DNA of 60,787 nucleotides, counting the filler, from Porpidia crustulata (Eukaryota): the NCBI GenBank assembly GCA_964255105.1. It is 6 parts of 6 records of this genome, joined end to end, with 100 filler letters (N's around TTAATTAATTAA, not from the genome) between each part and the next. Parts side by side here need not be neighbours in the genome. Positions count along the whole stretch, not along the records: positions 50,748 to 60,787 come from CAXUWE010000847.1; 5 more parts are not named here. One strand, given 5' to 3'. The notes under the pieces are model-generated. The model saw only the letters and a program-made list of their open reading frames with translations. It was not told the origin of the DNA and did no database searches. Below are positions 58,810 through 60,787 of this stretch, in pieces (positions within the stretch are counted from its first letter, which is position 1; each line of letters begins with the position of its first letter). A program made the position numbers and the translations under genes.

Positions 58810-60787
58810 GCGATAGGGATGGGGCTGGATGATGTGGAGGGACAAATGGTGTTGGATTCACCATTCTAGGGCGTTCTACCTCAGGATTCAGGACTTGAGT
58901 GAATTTTCCCAGTCCATACGTAGATGCAGTGCCTACCTGTCGCGTGTGCAGAAGACATATCGTGTCGGGGTGGGATTCCATGCTCTGTAAACAGAGGTAA
59001 GGTGTATTCTTTCTGAAGTCATATAATAAAGCCCCCAAACCAGGAGGTGAGTGCTAATAGGCTGCGTATCACCCAATATCTCGTTCCTATTTGCCCCTTC
59101 TTACGCGTCTTCATGCTCACGTGTCACATCTAATCTACCGCTGTTGTCCTCTTCTTATCTTTCAACGTCCAGGAGTATATCTGGATGTCAACATAATTGT
59201 CTTTGGAACGTCCCAAAGTGATGACGATGTTGTCACATCCCTTTAGGTTTCTGGTACTAGATCCTCTTCGGTGGCTTCGTCGTTATCGTCAAGCAACACC
59301 CCAAAACAGATCTCAGGATGGTCGCTCTTTGTTCTCTATCGAAGGGTATCTTCACCTTAGGGCAGCACGAAGGAATAGGAGGAGCGATGGTAAGATGAAG
59401 CGGCCTTCCGCCCCATATCATGGCTTCTAGGCAAGAAGTTTGGCTCTTCACGACTCAAGACTTTGTTGATGGTCGCGATCTATGTCATGATGATATAGAG
59501 CCTTGTGCTCTTAGCTATAGGAGCTTGCCTCCTTTTGGCGTTTCTGCTGCAATCACCACTTTGAAGTCCTCTTACCTCCCAAAGGCACTTTCACACTCTG
59601 TTCTCTTATCCAATGCTCTTCTACACACCCTGTGATGAACTCGGGGACTTCGCTGTTTGGTCTTAGATCGACACGAGAGCGACCGAAGGCAAGTATGAAT
59701 GGTGAATAATCCCCCAGCAATTCTCAAAAGCAGCGTCACTCTGCGAAAGTAAAATTTTCGCTTCTTGGCCTTCGAAAGATTCGGGAGTAACTAAATTCTA
59801 CCATGAAGGGTGGATAATACGTCACTGATGCTGCATAAAAGTATTACTTTACGAAGGTGAAGCCCTTGTCTCCTCAACGCTAGCACGTATTTTCAAATGT
59901 TGAAACTCCAGCGCCACCTCTCTCTCTGCTCCTTCAAGTACCTGATCCCTAAAATCCACCCATATCTTCTCACGAGCTCTCGTGGCATCATCACAAATCA
60001 CATCTCTCGTATCTTCACCAATGTTCCCCGGAAGCCGAAGATCACGGCTATCGCTCGATTGATGCCTCCACAAGTTGTTGAAGTCTCAAACCCGACGTTA
60101 GAGACGGTTTGAAACGACCTCCGGACCGTGTGACGATAGGTGTCGTTGCCAGGTAATCATCTGCAAAACCTGCTATCGACGGCATAGATCTAGTCCAGAG
60201 TGTCATGGTGATGATCCCGTCCGCTACGGTCTGGCGAGGAAGATTTTCCGCTCCCAAATCAGTAAAACAGCATTCCAAATGTGATGCTGTTGGCTGCTCG
60301 CCGGCTGTCAGTTCTCGAGGAGGTTGAGATGATACAGTGCAGAACAAACCTTAGTTATCTTGATACTGCCGAGCGCCATCAACTTGAGAGGCTGGAGACA
60401 AGACACAAGACAGGCTCTTGGTCCTCTATTCGGAGATCTTCTACTTATTCTATAACAAACTCTAGGAAACGCTTTCAAACAAGACCGCCTCCCGTATCCG
60501 ACATATCAGCCAAGCCTACTCACAGCAGTGATCCGATATGCAACAAAACACTTAGAAAATCATACAGGAAAAAGAATCCCAGAAAGATATCTAGAAAAGA
60601 TAAATTGGAAAAAAAAAACATGAAAGAAATCCTGGTAGACCATCTCTTTAACCGACACATCCCCAAACATGCGTACGGGCAATGCTCGTGTCCCTTCCGT
60701 ACTGTATCAAAAATCTACTCACCAATACAAAAAAATCCTAAATACACGCCCCTTCACCCGAAAATAATCATAAACACCACTAAAAGC

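Overview
Eukaryotic DNA from a filamentous ascomycete (Pezizomycotina-type, with short ~50-60 nt GT-AG introns and CTRAC branch sites). The window is not one locus. It is six ~10 kb contigs (10057, 10057, 10049, 10043, 10041 and 10040 bp, i.e. size-sorted) joined by artificial 100-bp N44-TTAATTAATTAA-N44 pads, so adjacency across the pads means nothing. Recognisable conserved genes: a Zn2Cys6 transcription factor, EMC1, an SDR, HRD3/SEL1L, an m-AAA protease (Yta12/Afg3 type), a DUF1295 protein, TOP3, a probable STB3 5' end, a bZIP factor, a BCAS3-like protein, CWC22 and DPM2. Accessory content: three secreted Cys-rich protein genes (one built from five exons with 16- and 28-nt micro-exons and mostly missed by the ORF track), a disrupted Ser/Thr-rich GPI-type surface protein gene, a possible F-box-like pseudogene and a possible Gypsy RT relic. 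The most unusual signal is a ~100-115 bp TA-flanked MITE-like family carrying telomere-type CCTAGGGTTAGGG cores. It occurs twice, each time ~200-250 bp upstream of an ER membrane/quality-control gene (EMC1, HRD3). All family assignments are from motif recognition by eye; no database search was run.
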